From: Flaccisagitta enflata
Taxonomy: Eukaryota
Reading direction: 5' to 3'
NCBI GenBank assembly: GCA_965153355.1
Contig: OZ231126.1
Span: 30,628,001 to 30,692,000 of the forward strand
Length of the DNA: 64,000 bases
The notes beneath the pieces were generated by a model that saw only the letters and a program-made list of their open reading frames with translations, was not told the origin of the DNA and made no database searches. The translations under genes were made by a program, and so were the position numbers. Numbering within the stretch: position 1 is the stretch's first letter; every line of letters starts with the position of its first letter. Below are positions 1-13,479 of this stretch, piece by piece.

Positions 1-522
1 TTTCACTCAATTGGCTCACTGACTCACTCATCTATTAAACAAAATTTGCATGCACATCAAATTTCTTACTCATGTCACACCGGAAAGTACGCTCACTCAT
101 TACATTCAAACTATTCACTCATTAACTCGCTCACTGCAAAACTCACTCCATATGCTCAGTTTGCTCACTTAGTCACTTGCTCAGCTCTATTTACTCATTT
201 TGTCCAATTGAATTTTTGTTGAGGCGGTTTTTATTTTGGAGTGAGAACTCATCGAATTTTTTCTCTTAAAGGTTATAAAAACACGAACGAGAAGGAAACA
301 GTATTGAAAATATCAAATGTTTATACATTCTAAAATCAAAATAGGGGGATTCAGGGAAATGTCTGTCAAAAATCCAACTTCCAAGCACAAATTTCTGAAT
401 GTGGGAATGAAAAGAGAGTAATAGACTGGCCGAGGGCAACGCAGGACACGAGGTAGAACAGTGTGGATGTACACACAAGTGGACAATATGCGTTCGGGTG
501 GGAGGGGACAATCGCCACTGGG

Positions 523-523
<1 letters not shown>

Positions 524-595
<72 letters not shown>

Positions 596-890
596 AGAAG
601 AAGAAGAAGAAGAAGAAGAAGAAGAAGAAGAAGAAGAAGAAGAAGAAGAAGAAGAAGAAGAAGAAGAAGAAGAAGAAGAAGAAGAAGAAGAAGAAGAAGA
701 AGAAGAAGAAGAAGAAGAAGAAGAAGAAGAAGAAGAAGAAGAAGAAGAAGAAGAAGAAGAAGAAGAAGAAGAAGAAGAAGAAGAAGAAGAAGAAGAAGAA
801 GAAGAAGAAGAAGAAGAAGAAGAAGAAGAAGAAGAAGAAGAAGAAGAAGAAGAAGAAGAAGAAGAAGAAGAAGAAGAAGAAGAAGAAGAA
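524..890. repeat. Compound microsatellite (GA)n followed by about 300 bp of (GAA)n
   Basis: Seen directly; explains the poly-S/L/R/K/E ORFs in the track. Confidence 0.98.
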
Positions 891-1834
891 GGAGACAAAG
901 ACGACGAAGAAAAAGAAGAAGAAAGAGAAGAAGTAGAAAAAAAAGAATTTGTGCGGCGCAATATATTATAATCAGGTAAAGAAGAGAAAATAATTTTGTT
1001 GGCTTTTTGGTCATAATCTAACTTCCTGTTTGATGTGTTCATAAACCCTTTCTCCTTTCTTGACAAGGGATTTCGATCTGAAATCGAACCGCACAGTACA
1101 CCACAATCGCTGATGTTAATCCTTATGAAAAAACATCGAGCCGCACAATACACCCCATTTGATTTTTTGGATTTCGATCCGACATTTAACCGCATGCGCA
1201 CAGTGCACCGTTATTAATGAATTTGATCCCGGGTAAATTGAGTAGCCACAATCAATGATGTTATCCTAGTAAACTGTAAAGCTGCAACTTCAGCTTAAGG
1301 AAGCAGTTCATCCTGTAATTTGGTGGGTGGGAGGCTTCAAGAACTTGAATGGCAAAATAGAGGAAGCAGTAAGAGAAACACTCTCATTCTACTCTTGCTT
1401 TCTTTCTACTATCAAGATAATCCACTTCTGTATTTCCAGTAAAGCCATAAAAGATGATGTTGATATTGGAATTAATACATATGAAAGGAATGAAACAAGC
1501 TTTTTTTTTCCTACAATTCTATCCTTGACTTTATTTCTCCTGCGATTGCAAATACCCACCTTTTTTTATGGGGAAATCAAATCAATATTAAGGTTTAAAG
1601 AATGTAATCTTATTGAAACTTATAACCAACTTTGGTGAAATTTGATCAGACTTTGCGCATAGCGCCGTCCAAACTGATCCGAGTGTAATGGAACGTGCAC
1701 TGAATCATGTCACAAAGGCGAAGGCACACTTTTACTATCTTTCTTATTATGCCGTTTATACGAGGTAGTATAATTCCCACTAGAATGAAAAATGAATATC
1801 TAAATATTGTAGCAGAATAGGAAGGAAGTACGGA

Positions 1835-2367
1835 AAACAGGTCGCCCAAGGGCAATATGTGGTCAGGGATACCCGTTGCCCTGCTTTGCATGATTGTGAA
1901 ATGGAGGGAGAGGAAGCAGGGCAGCGGCCCCAAAGGGGGCGAAGTCCTGTAGAACACAGGGGGACTTTCGTTCGTCATTCCGTCTGTCCGTCCATCCATC
2001 CGTCCGTTCCCCCCAGGCCTTCTCAGACCTGGAATCTGCCTTCCAGGCCTGAAATTTACCCTCTCAGTCCTGAATTCAGACCTCTCAGGCGGGGGCAGAT
2101 TTCAGGCCCAAGAGGACAGATTTCAGGCCTGAGAGGACAGATTTCAGGCCTGAGAGGGCAGATTTCAGGCCTGAGAAGGCAGATTCAACGCCTGAGAGGG
2201 CAGATTTCAGGCCTGAGAGGGTAAATTTCAGGCCTGAGAGGGCAGATTTCAGGTCTGAAAAGGCCTGGGGGGGACGAACGGACAAACGGACAGACAGATG
2301 GAATGATGAACAAAAGTCCCCCTGTGTTCTACAGGACCTTGTCCCCTTCGGGGCCGATGCCCAAAAA
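1835..2367. mobile_element. Non-autonomous element (MITE/HINE-like) with long inverted repeats and an internal 21-bp tandem repeat
   Basis: GGGCAGCGGCCCCAAAGGGG..AAGTCCTGTAGAACACAGGGGGACTTT at about 1919 is inverted at about 2312-2363. The core holds (TTTCAGGCCTGAGAGGGCAGA)n at about 2095-2260. Related copies lie at about 10200, 18280-18750, 22190-22345 and 25088-25490. Confidence 0.8.
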
Positions 2368-2736
2368 GGGAAGATAAGAAAAGTAATGATAGAATATCAA
2401 GGAAGTGAAGAATTGAGGAAGTAAAGAAGAAGAAGAAGAAGAAGAAGAAGAAGAAGAAGAAGAAGAAGAAGAAGAAGAAAAAGAAAAAGAAAAAGAAAAA
2501 GAAAAAGAAAAAGAAAAAGAAAAAGAAAAAAAAAGAAAAAGTAAAAGAAAAAGAAAAAGAAAAAGAAAAAGAAAAAGAAAAAGAAAAAGAAGAAGAAGAA
2601 AAATAATTCAGCGGAAAGAAAGAAATTTGAAAAATGTATCACGAAGCCGAGAAATGGTCATCGTTGAGGAATTCCGACGCGTGACCTCGAAAGACCATCG
2701 CCCAAATGGCAGGTTCGGTGGATGAAAAACTAGTTA

Positions 2737-3512
2737 CAGTTAAACCCCGCAATAACGGATGTCAAGGGATTAACAAATCTTATCTGTTTTAGGACGGCAA
2801 ATTTTCGAAGGAAAATTAAGTGATTCACCATACTTTTTGCATCATTTTCAGGACAATAATGAAGCTGGAATGCTATAAGTAGACAAATTGTCTCTAAAGA
2901 CACTTGGTATATACCATTTCATCATATTCTGACCTTAATGTGATTTGAACTATGCGATTCTAATGAAAACAAACAGAAAAATAACAGTTTTCGACAAATA
3001 ACTGCTCACACATTTTTTCATTTCCTGTGGTCTAAATTCTAAGAAAGCCAAACACGGGGAAATTTTGCATTTTGAAAAACATAGTTCTCTCTGCAATCGA
3101 TTTGGGAAGAGAACTATGTTCTTTGTTTTTTCATTTTTTCTTTTTCTATGCAAATTTAGAATTTAGACCGACCCCCTGTAAGTGACCAAAAATGAAAAAA
3201 GTAGAAATTTTCAATAAATTTTCTTAAGAAACATTGGCTAAACATGGTCTTTTTTTCTAAATAATGCAAATTTTTCTTTTGAATAATATGTCTGGGCCAT
3301 CTGAATCACTTGTTTTTCCATTTCCATTCATTTATGATTTCCATTTTTACCCTCTTTGAAACACAAATGTTGCCTTCGGAGGGAAGCTGTCTTAGGCAGA
3401 TATCTGTTATTGCCATAATAGGATATAAAAAGATCTGACAAGAAGGGACTCAGATTCCATGTCTGTTAAAGTCTGATTTCCGTTACTCTTTGATCCGGTA
3501 TAGCGGGGTGTT
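2737..3512. mobile_element. Degenerate Tc1/pogo-like MITE relic with a nested insertion
   Basis: TA|CAGTTAAACCCCGCAATAACGG at the left and a degenerate inverted CCGGTATAGCGGGGTGTTAC at the right. The same left end recurs at about 14840. Confidence 0.45.
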
Positions 3513-5625
3513 ACATTAACTTAAAATGAGGTTCATTTTGTCAGTCCATCTTTCCATCCCTCCATCCTACCATGATCCATCCATCCATCTGTTCTATGGG
3601 TCGGTTGATCCCCGCCCCGCGTTGAACAAAACCCTAGAGCTAACTTAGGTTTCACCTTCCCCCCCCCCCCCAGGTCAACGGCTCTAGACTACAGATCCAT
3701 AACAGGGTGTATAAATTATCATTTAGGAAATAGAATGCGGCCCAGCAAATTCCTCTCGTTCCTCGATGAGGTAATAAATGTTTTGTTAAAGAAACAAGCC
3801 CGACCGGGCAACGATGCGTCCGGGCTGTGTCTCAGCGTGTATTGATCATGTGACATATGTATGGAATGACAAATGGATGAACAGACGGATGAGAAGACTC
3901 AAAACATGTTGGATGATCATTTGTTTCAGTGTAGGATCTCACCGTGGCCTAAAACAGTCGAGAAACGCGGTTTTTGCACAGACGTTACGGACGGACCGAC
4001 GGACAGACCCTCTTATTAAGATGCGTTCCTGACGGACGCATCTAAAAACTTAGAATGATGAAAAAAAAAGAACGAATAAACAAGCCCGATCGGGTAACGA
4101 TGCGTCCTGACTGTGTCACCGCGTGAAGTGAATTGCGCGCTAAGTATGTGATACATGGGGGAGAGATAGATGGACAGACTTTTCTTAAGAAAGGAGTCTC
4201 TCAAAAAATGTTGATCATAATTGATCCGGCGTTGTTCTCTTCTTTTTTTTTTGTCTTTTGCACGGTTGCAATGGACAGACATTCCGACGGACGCATGAAC
4301 CGATACGATGGATGGAAACTTATGGAGAAGCGCGGACGGGTCTAAAAAGGAACGCGGACGGGTCTAAAAAGGAATGTGTTGGCGTATTTGTGAATGCGTG
4401 ACCTCGGCAGAACTCCAAATGTCCAAATGTCAATCTTATCATTCATCTTCTTCTCAGATTCTTATGACACAGAGCAAGATCGCGTGGAAATTGGCATTCA
4501 TTATTGCTGTAAAATGAATATTTAATATGACAAATTTTTTCATGATTTTTGCAAAATATATTATTTTTTGATAGCAAAATAAAAAAAATTGATGCAAAAT
4601 CTATCTTCATGAACTAGATATTAATATTTTTATATTTGAAGTGTACTATTCTATTTTTATATATTTTCATAAAGTTTTTGTATTAATTCAATAAAAAAAA
4701 ATATTTGAAAATATGCAAGATATGTCAAAAAGAAATAATTTCTATATGAATGAATATTTTTTTAAATATTTTTCAATACACAATTTGAATATATCTTTAA
4801 AACATGCTTAAATAGCTTTTTTCAGCATATCTTTCAACATGTCATAACTCTGATTCTTGTTATGATTACTCAAATTTTCATGTTACTTGCCTACTTGCAT
4901 TCCTTCGATAATTAACACTTTTGCCAATTTGTGCATTCTTTCATTTACTCATTCATATAATCATTCATTCATTCATTCTTTCATTCATTCATTCGTCAAG
5001 TGTATTTTTCTCCTCTTTCATAAACATGAATCTCCCCGCGGTTCTTGAGTTGTTTTCTTTTTATTAAAGATTTGTTCAACCCATGTACCCATCCTTCATT
5101 CATTCATTCATTCATTCATTCATTCATTCATTCATTCATTCATTCATTCATTCATTCATTCAGTCATTCATTTATTCATTCATTCATACTTTCACTGTTC
5201 CAGTTGTTCATTTGTACATTCATTCGTTCATTCATTTACTTGTTACCTCATTAAATGTTTGTTCATTTATGTAAGCATTCAATGACAACAACCAGCTTTT
5301 CCACCAAACAGATTTTCCACCATGAATTATGGCACGTCAAATAGTGTCGAAAATTTGGTGACTTATCTGTCCACTCGTACATGATTCCCTGATAACTAAT
5401 AAATGTTTTCCATGAGTATTTTTTGTTTTTGAAATACTTCGTTCTAACGTTTAAATGTGCATAACTCTTCAAATTTTGAGAATTATTCAAAAAAAATTGT
5501 GTATTTACCATGGCATGAACTAGATTTAACCAATACAATTCAAAAATTGGAAAAAATTAAAAAAACATTTTCTGAGATCTTTTAACCCTTTGGGGTTACC
5601 CCATCCCAACCCCCTTATCTCTGCT

Positions 5626-7249
5626 CAGGGGCGGAAATTGAAAAAACCCTTTGATGGCCCAAAAAGAATTCAAGTCAATTTAAGTCAGTTTAACTCAGTA
5701 TAAGTCAATTTAAGGCAGTCTAAGTCAATTTAAGTCATTTTATTTCATTTTTGAATTTTAGTTTTTTTAAGTCAATTTAGGTCATATTTTACATAATTAT
5801 AGGTCATTATGCAATTATAGGTAATTATAAGTAATCATAGGTCATTATGCAATTATAGGTAATCATAGGTCATTATAGGTAATTATAGGTAATCTTGATC
5901 ATTACAGGTAATTATAGGTGAGTATAGGTCATTATGTAATTATAGGTAATTATAGGTCATTATAGGTAACTATAGCCAATGATAGGTCATTATCCAACTA
6001 TAGGTCTTTATTGGTAATTATAGGTCATCATGTAATTATAGGTAACTATAGGTAATCATAGATAATTTTAGGTCATTACAGGTAATTATAGGTTATTATA
6101 GGTAATTATAGGTCATTATGTAATTATAGGTAATCATAGGTCTTAATAGGTAATTGTAGGTCATTATGCAGTTATAGGTAATTAAAGGTAATAATAGGTA
6201 ATCATAGGTAATCATAGGTCATTACAGGTCATTATGCTATTATAAGTAATCATAGGTCATTATAGGTAATTATAGGTCATTATGTAATTATAGGTAATTA
6301 TAGGTCAGTATTGGTCATTTTAGGTAATTATAGGTAATTATGGGTCATTATGCAATTATAGGTCATTATCGGTAATTATAGGTCATTATGTTATTATAGG
6401 TAATTATAGGTAATTATAGGTTATTATATAATGATTATAGGTCATCATAGGTATTAAAATGATATAGGTAGTGTAGGTCATTGAGTACGGTAATTTTAGG
6501 TAATCAAAAGAATCATTATAGGTAATTATAGATCATTACGTAATTGCATAAATTGATTAAAATTATTTATAGGTAATCATAGGTCATTATAGGTTATAGG
6601 TAATTATAGGTCAATAGACAATTATAGTAATTACACAGGTAATTATAGGTCATTATGCAATTTTAGGTAATTATAGGTAATCATAGGTCATTATAGGCAA
6701 TTATAGGTCATTATGTAATCATAGGTAATTACAGGTAATTGCAGGTAATTCCTATTATTTTATAAGTAATTGTAGGTCATTCTAGGTTTAGGTAATCATA
6801 GGTTATCATGGGTAATTATAGGTCATGTAATTATGAGTAATTATGTGATAATAGGTAATTAAAGGTCATTTTTTGTTAATATAGGTGATTACGTAATTCA
6901 AAGTAATCATAGCTACTTACAGGCAATTATAGTCATTATTGTCATTACAGGAAATAATGTACTTATATAATTAGGCAATTATGTAATTAAGTAATTGTAT
7001 AAGCCTCTTACACGACTTACAGGTGTTGGCCTTGTTTTTTTTTAAGAAATTGAAAAATTTTTTTTAAAACAGATGAAAATCAAATCAAATTGTTACTTTT
7101 CTGTCTTATTTTTCTTTTTCTTTATCTTATACCTTTTTCTGCTCTTTTATGAGTTTCTATTCCTATAAAAAAAATTGTACACACAAAACCAAAATTAACC
7201 TTTAGTCAATCCCTATCACAGGGCACATTTTTTGTAAATCTGGCCCCTG
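5626..7249. mobile_element. hAT-like non-autonomous element carrying a 10-bp satellite (TAGGTAATTA/TAGGTCATTA)n at about 5790-7000
   Basis: Imperfect TIRs CAGGGGCGGAAATTGAAAAAA / TTTTTTGTAAATCTGGCCCCTG enclose about 1.2 kb of degenerate decamer repeats. The TSD is not clean. Confidence 0.6.
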
Positions 7250-7571
7250 ATTTCTCTACTTGTCTGTTTCATTACTTCTTTGTTTATCTATCCTCAATCT
7301 TCAATATTTTTTTTCTTAGCACGATTTTTTTTTCTAACTTTCTAACTTAAATAAATATGTATAAAAAATATTTGTAAGAAAGATTATTATTTATAATTTA
7401 TTTGATAATTTCTTTTGTTGGCAAAAGGAAGAATACTGAAATGTTGATTGCTGATATTTCATTCAATCATCTTAGTATTTGTTTGCTTGTTTTCACATAG
7501 GTTAAAATGAATCTCTGAAAAAAAACTGATGGTCCCATTATCTTTTGAAATGATTCCTATTTTGTGATCAT

Positions 7572-7731
7572 TTTTAGTTGCGGACACGCAACTCTATAAG
7601 AGGCTTTGTCCGTCCGTCCATTGGTTGGTCGGTTGGTCGGTCCGTGGTGAGCGAGTTAAAAAGTGGGAAAACGCGCATTTCTGCCCCTGCCCACCCGTCT
7701 GCAACTGATGGCCGTGTGTATTTGGCCTTGT
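7572..7731 (+). mobile_element. DINE-1/Helentron-like non-autonomous element (family TTTTTAGT[C/T]GCG...CCGGCCTTGTT)
   Basis: Terminal hairpin AGTTGCGGACACGCAACT, a (GTCC/GGTC)n tract, a CTGCCCACCCG block, a GGCCTTGTT end and a T-rich insertion site. More than 15 related copies occur in the window. Confidence 0.7.
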
Positions 7732-7810
7732 TAAACCATACTTGTTTCTTTCTCTGTCTCTCTTTTTTTCCTTTTCTTAAATTTCTTTTTCATTTGTGTG
7801 TGTGTGTGTT

Positions 7811-7915
<105 letters not shown>

Positions 7916-8099
7916 ATTGAGTATTTTGCTGAGAACAAGATAAAAAACAAAAGATACAACTTTGAACCTTCTACCTACTACATACTGGCACTTCCTACTA
8001 CATACTGGCATGTATAAGACTGAAACCGAACTGGAGGTAAGGGCAGTATCCCGGCCAGTAGGTCAGTACCGAACCAAGCCGTCGGTTGACCTCTTCTTA

Positions 8100-8460
8100 T
8101 GAGCATAGCTGCTCATGTGTAAGGGTGATTTTGAGCATTTTAGCTCATTTAGCTCATTTAGCTCAGTTATTTTTCTGATTTCAAATACGATATATGAACA
8201 AATATATTGATAGATGTTTAAGCAAGCAAATACAAGGAAGCATGTCAGTGAGCAGAGCTGCTCATCTGTGAGGGAGTTTTTTATTATTCTAGCTCATTTA
8301 CCTCATTTAGCTTGCTCTTTTTTTAATTTCAAAACAGATAAATAAATGTTTTGAAATTCAAGCATGCAAATACAAAACATATAAGTAAGCATAGCTGGTT
8401 GTCTGGTTGGTGATTTTGAATATATTAGCTCATCTAGCTCATTCGGCTCAAGTGCCTAAT
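8100..8460. repeat. Three diverged tandem copies of a ~145-bp unit
   Basis: GAGCA(T/G)AGCTG(C/G)T...TAGCTCATTTAGCTCATT recurs at about 8100, 8249 and 8387. Confidence 0.7.
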
Positions 8461-9032
8461 TTTCTCTGATTTTCAGTGCAACCAATACACACAATTGCTC
8501 TTAATTTGATCTAACAAATAAAAAGAGTTGAAGACAAAAGAGTTGAAGACAAAAGTTTGTTGAAAAGTGAACAACGCTTACAACTTTTTTCCTCACGGCA
8601 ACACCCGCCATTACTGGTATAAAATATTAGGATCAAACAATTTTATAGCAGAATTTCAGCTTCATCTATTTGCTTTAATTGCAAAACCAACCTGGGATTC
8701 AAACCTGGAACCTATAAAGAAATAAACCAAACACAATAACTCTGGCAACTGTTCATATGGAGTTAATATGATTTAGTATATTCAAAATAATTTTCTATCC
8801 AATATACCCCATCGTCAACCCTATAGGACATAAGCATTATACACACATAGTTTCATTTCATTGGCACAAAAGATAGTTACGATATGAGGGCCCCCGTATT
8901 TCCAAGTATAGACGACATCTACTGTAAATGGAATGAATCATGACTTCAAAGTTCTCTTTCTCTGTCTCTCTCTGTCTCTGTCTCTTTCTGTCTGTCTGTC
9001 TGTTGTTCTGTTGTTCTACTTGTCTGTGTGTG

Positions 9033-9152
<120 letters not shown>

Positions 9153-9619
9153 TTTCAAGACTATGGAAACTACGGAAACAAAAGATTTTGATGTAGGCGT
9201 AATCATAACTAACGCTTACGAGTACGCATACTAGTATGCAAAAATTGAGCAAACGATTACGCTTACGCTTATGAGTACAGTAAAAATTGGCGAGTACAGC
9301 GAGTACGCTTACGATTACGCGTAAGATTACGCCATCGCTGTTACACATATTGTCATCGTCTGATGTGATGATGTGATGTCTAATGTTGTGATGATATGAT
9401 GCGAAACCATTTTTAAAGATTCTACTTTTAAATCTCCCCAGGAGCAAGCCAAAGGATGGATTATAGCGCGTATCCAGCAACCAGCATAACATTAGGGGGT
9501 CACGGTTGGAACTGAGGTGGCAAAGTCTGGAAGAAATCTTTTTCTAATCAACTATTGACCTTTTTAGAATTGATTATCACTGTGATTAGGTCCCTGACAA
9601 TGAAGGTTTTTTTTACAGT

Positions 9620-10040
9620 TGGCACTTCTCCGTTGTACCATTCTCAAGCAATGTCCATGAGCTTCAATGCTATATGTTTGTTTTGTCAAAAAATGTTTGG
9701 GAAGTGTAAGTCCAAGGGGGTCCAAGGTCAGGTCAAAGTATGATCCCCCACGGGGGTCAAAATTTCAAAAGTTTCAAAATTAAAATCTGATTGCAGATTT
9801 GGATTCCTCTCAAAAAAGTAGCAAAAGAAAGTACTTTTCTTTTTTTTTCATTTTTCCTTTTAAGTGGGTCAAATTTTGGGTCAAAGGTCAAAAGTGACCC
9901 CGATCTGACCTCGCGTGAGGTCAAAAATAAAAACGCGGATAATCCAAAATTCTGAGACCAGTTTTGGAATCCCCATGAAAAATTAGTTGATAGTTATAAC
10001 TGTCATTTTCAAGTTTTCTCAGAAAATGTCTGTCAAACAT
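9620..10040 (+). mobile_element. ~420-bp interspersed repeat; an inverted copy lies at about 19680-20097
   Basis: CTCCGTTGTACCATTCTCAAG...CCCCCACGGGGGTCAAAATTTCAAA...GACCTCGCGTGAGGTCAAAAA...AAAATGTCTGT is present as a reverse complement at 19680-20097. Confidence 0.85.
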
Positions 10041-11129
10041 GACAATATTTGTCATGATGCACAACAGGGTCGTAACAGAAATCTAGACTCGCTATGTATT
10101 CTGAATCTACTTAAAAAGAACACAGCTCTTAAGCATATATATTCAATATAGATATGGCCTTTCTGACTTTTGATCGTCCTGTAAAGTCAAATTAGGCTTT
10201 TGGGCAGGGAGACAAAGTCCTGTTGAATACGGGGAATTTTGTTTGTTTGTTCATTTGTCTGTAGTTGTATTCCCCCCCCTTGAGCTCTAATCAACCCTTT
10301 CAGGCCTCCAACTAACCCTCTTGGGCCTCAAGATGGTTCTCACAGGCCTCAAATTTGTCCTCTCAAGCTGCCTCAGACCGTTTAGATTTCAAATAAGCTC
10401 TCCAGCCTCCAGACAACTCTCGTGAAAATTAAATCAGCTCTTGAATGACACATATCAGCCCTCTCCACCCTAAATCATCAATCCCGACCAGGGTTGTCAA
10501 AAATTAAAAATGACTAAATTGACCTGATTGACATAAGTGACCTAATATAACCTATTATGAATTAATATGACTTAAAATGACATAGAATGACTTAAAATGG
10601 ATTTTGGGAAGGAGCTGTGTCATTAAATAAAAACAAAAACAGATTTGGACCGGTCAAATTCTGGGGACATAGCGGGTAGCTCACCTTACCTCACCACAAC
10701 CTGGTTTAGCCATGATGACCCTTCCTCCTACGCTTCCTCCTTTTTACACAAGTTTTTTCAGCGAAAAAAGTTACCCATACATCATTATGTCCATAAACGA
10801 CAGGAATTTATTAAATTTGAATTTTGATTTTTTTGCCTAATTTACCGCATGAGCTTTAATCAAATCTAGGTCGAAAATTCCAACTATGCTTTTTTGCTCG
10901 CTTTCCCTAGGAACCAACTCATGTTTACCTTTCTACTGTGAGCCCAAAAAGCTTAATGATGCAAAAAAAGTAATAGCAGCCCAAGGGCAGTAAATGGTCA
11001 GTGGTACCCAAAGGATTGCGTAGAAAATTCGGAAACCCGTTTTTTGTCACGGTTTGCTATTCCCCAATAGCATAAAAGACACTATAGTTACGATTATTGC
11101 ACGTGACGACTTCGTTTCTGGTCGTTACA

Positions 11130-11745
11130 GTTTATTCACTGTCCTCCTTGAAAGTCAGAGTGAAGAAGTCATAGTACTGTGGGTTTTTGTAGTTTGTCAT
11201 AGTTTTGAGGTTACTTTTACTAAACAAGCAGTTGCGGAAATCTTGTCAAGGCGCACTTGAGAAATATGAAAAAAAGATTAATTTAAACCTCATTTTGAAT
11301 GAAGAATTTTTCAACTCACCCAGACCTCTTTTTTGATGCTAAATCTGTTATCCTGATGTTATTTCCTTTCATTTGATGGGTCGCACTATATGTTTTTATG
11401 AAGAAATAAGAATTTCAATTTCTAAGCCACCGTTAGAATTTTGCAACGGTGGCTAAAAAACTGAAAATCGTATATCTTGAAGAAAGCATATAGTGCGACA
11501 TATCAAATGAAAGGAAATGTCATCAGGATTACGAATTTGCTAACAAAAAAGAGGTTTTGATTAGTTAAAAAAATCTATGTTCAAAATAGGGTTAAAATTT
11601 TTCTTTTTTTCAAATTTCTCAAAAAGCGCCCTTGACAAGATTTCATGAGTGATAGTTTTAGTTTAATCAACCCTAAAACTAAGAGAAACTGCAATAAAAC
11701 CCACTGTACTATGACTTTTGACCTGGACTCTCGTTGAGAGGAGAG
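11130..11745. mobile_element. Foldback-type MITE (near-palindromic)
   Basis: AAGTCATAGTACTGTGGGTTTT...ATCTTGTCAAGGCGC on the left is mirrored by GCGCCCTTGACAAGAT...AAAACCCACTGTACTATGACTT on the right. Confidence 0.75.
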
Positions 11746-11857
11746 TGCTATCTAAAGCTATAAAAAGCTATCAAAAGCTACTTACAACTATTCTAAGCTA
11801 TTTGAAGCTATTCAAAGCTATTCAAAGCTAGTCAATAAACATAAAACAAAATATTTG

Positions 11858-11890
<33 letters not shown>

Positions 11891-12597
11891 CACTGTATCT
11901 CTGTAGTTACCCCTCTATAAGAGACTGAGACCAAAACCAAGAGAATCGTTTCAGCATTTATGTTACGTCGATGTTTTTGAATCTCATGTTAAGCATGTTG
12001 GAGAATGATTGATCCTTTTCAAACTTTAGTCATTTTCTATCAAAACATTTTTAATAAAAGGAATATGTAAATGCTAATATATAAAAATTCTAAAGAATAA
12101 AAAATGAATTATATGAAACTATTATCTAAATGTGAAACCTTAAACATTAAAGGTTTAAAGAAGAGAAAAAAAGCAAAAAAGCAAAAAAAAAAAAAAATCG
12201 AAAAGTAAAAAAGTAAAAAAAACAAAAAACTAAAAGATGAAAAATGAGAAGTAAACAAGGCCGGATACACGGCTACCAAAGTCGCGTGCGGGTAGGCAGG
12301 GGCCATATTTGAGGTCACTGGACCATTTGGGCAGGAGCAGTGAAGTCCAAAAAAATAAAAATCATAAAAAAGTATAGATGACCGACCAATAACCAACCGA
12401 CCGACGACTGATAACGACGGACAACGGGGTGTACAGTGTGATTACACATGTTTAAATGAAATGAAATCTAATGAAGTGAGAGTGAAAACTAATGAAAAAA
12501 ATCAAGAAAGTGAAAAGTGAAAAGTCAAAAGCAAAAAGCAAAAAGCAAAAAGCAAAAAGCGAAAAGCGAAAAGTGAAAAGTGAAAAGTGAACATACT

Positions 12598-13387
12598 ATG
12601 CCAACCTGGGGGCTAGGGCATTAGCCGGAATGACTAGCCATGAAGCTGCATGACAAATTTTACCTGAGAAATTGTGGGGCTCATGCTAATTCCAATGTTA
12701 ATACTAATACCAATATTTTTTAGCAATTTACTACCTATGTTGATGTAATTCCTGATGCAAGCCTACCTTCCTACTACTAAGAATGTTTACTTCAACTCCC
12801 CAGGTTGGTAAAGTATCCTCCTTACTCTTCCCCCCCCCCCCCGCCATGCCAACATTATCTCTGATGGTCTATATCTCCTGTCGCTGCCAATTCTGCCGCT
12901 GCTGACTCTGTCCATCATATTGTCTTTGTCTCCACGCACTGCCAATTCTGCTGCTGCCAACTGTTCTCATTTCTTTTTCTCTGTCTCCTACCTCTGCCGA
13001 TTCTGCCGCTGCCGACTCTCTTCATTTCCTTCTCTCTGTCTCCTACCGCTGCCAATTCTGCCAATGCCGACTCTATTTCATTTTCTCTGGCTCTTGCCTC
13101 TGCCGATTTTGCTGATCCTGCTGATCCTGCCAACCCTGCCGATCCTGCCAACCCTGCCGACTCTGCCGACCCTGCCAACTCTGCCGACCCTGCCAACTCT
13201 GCCGACCCTGCCAACTCTGCCGACCCTGCCGACCCTGCCGACCCTGCCGACTCTGCCGACTCTGCTAACTCTGCCGACTCTGCCGACTCTGCCGACTTCA
13301 TTTTTTTCAAAAAATTTCTTTCCAATTTTTGTTTCAATTATGAAAAAAAACAAGGCAAACATATACATACACACACACACACACACA

Positions 13388-13479
<92 letters not shown>

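Noticed and set aside
266-1201. Long ORFs with poly-S/L/R/K/E (and similar ER/SL/HT/CV ORFs throughout the window)
   Set aside because: They are translations of (GAA)n, (GA)n, (CA)n and (GTT)n microsatellites and are open in several frames at once.
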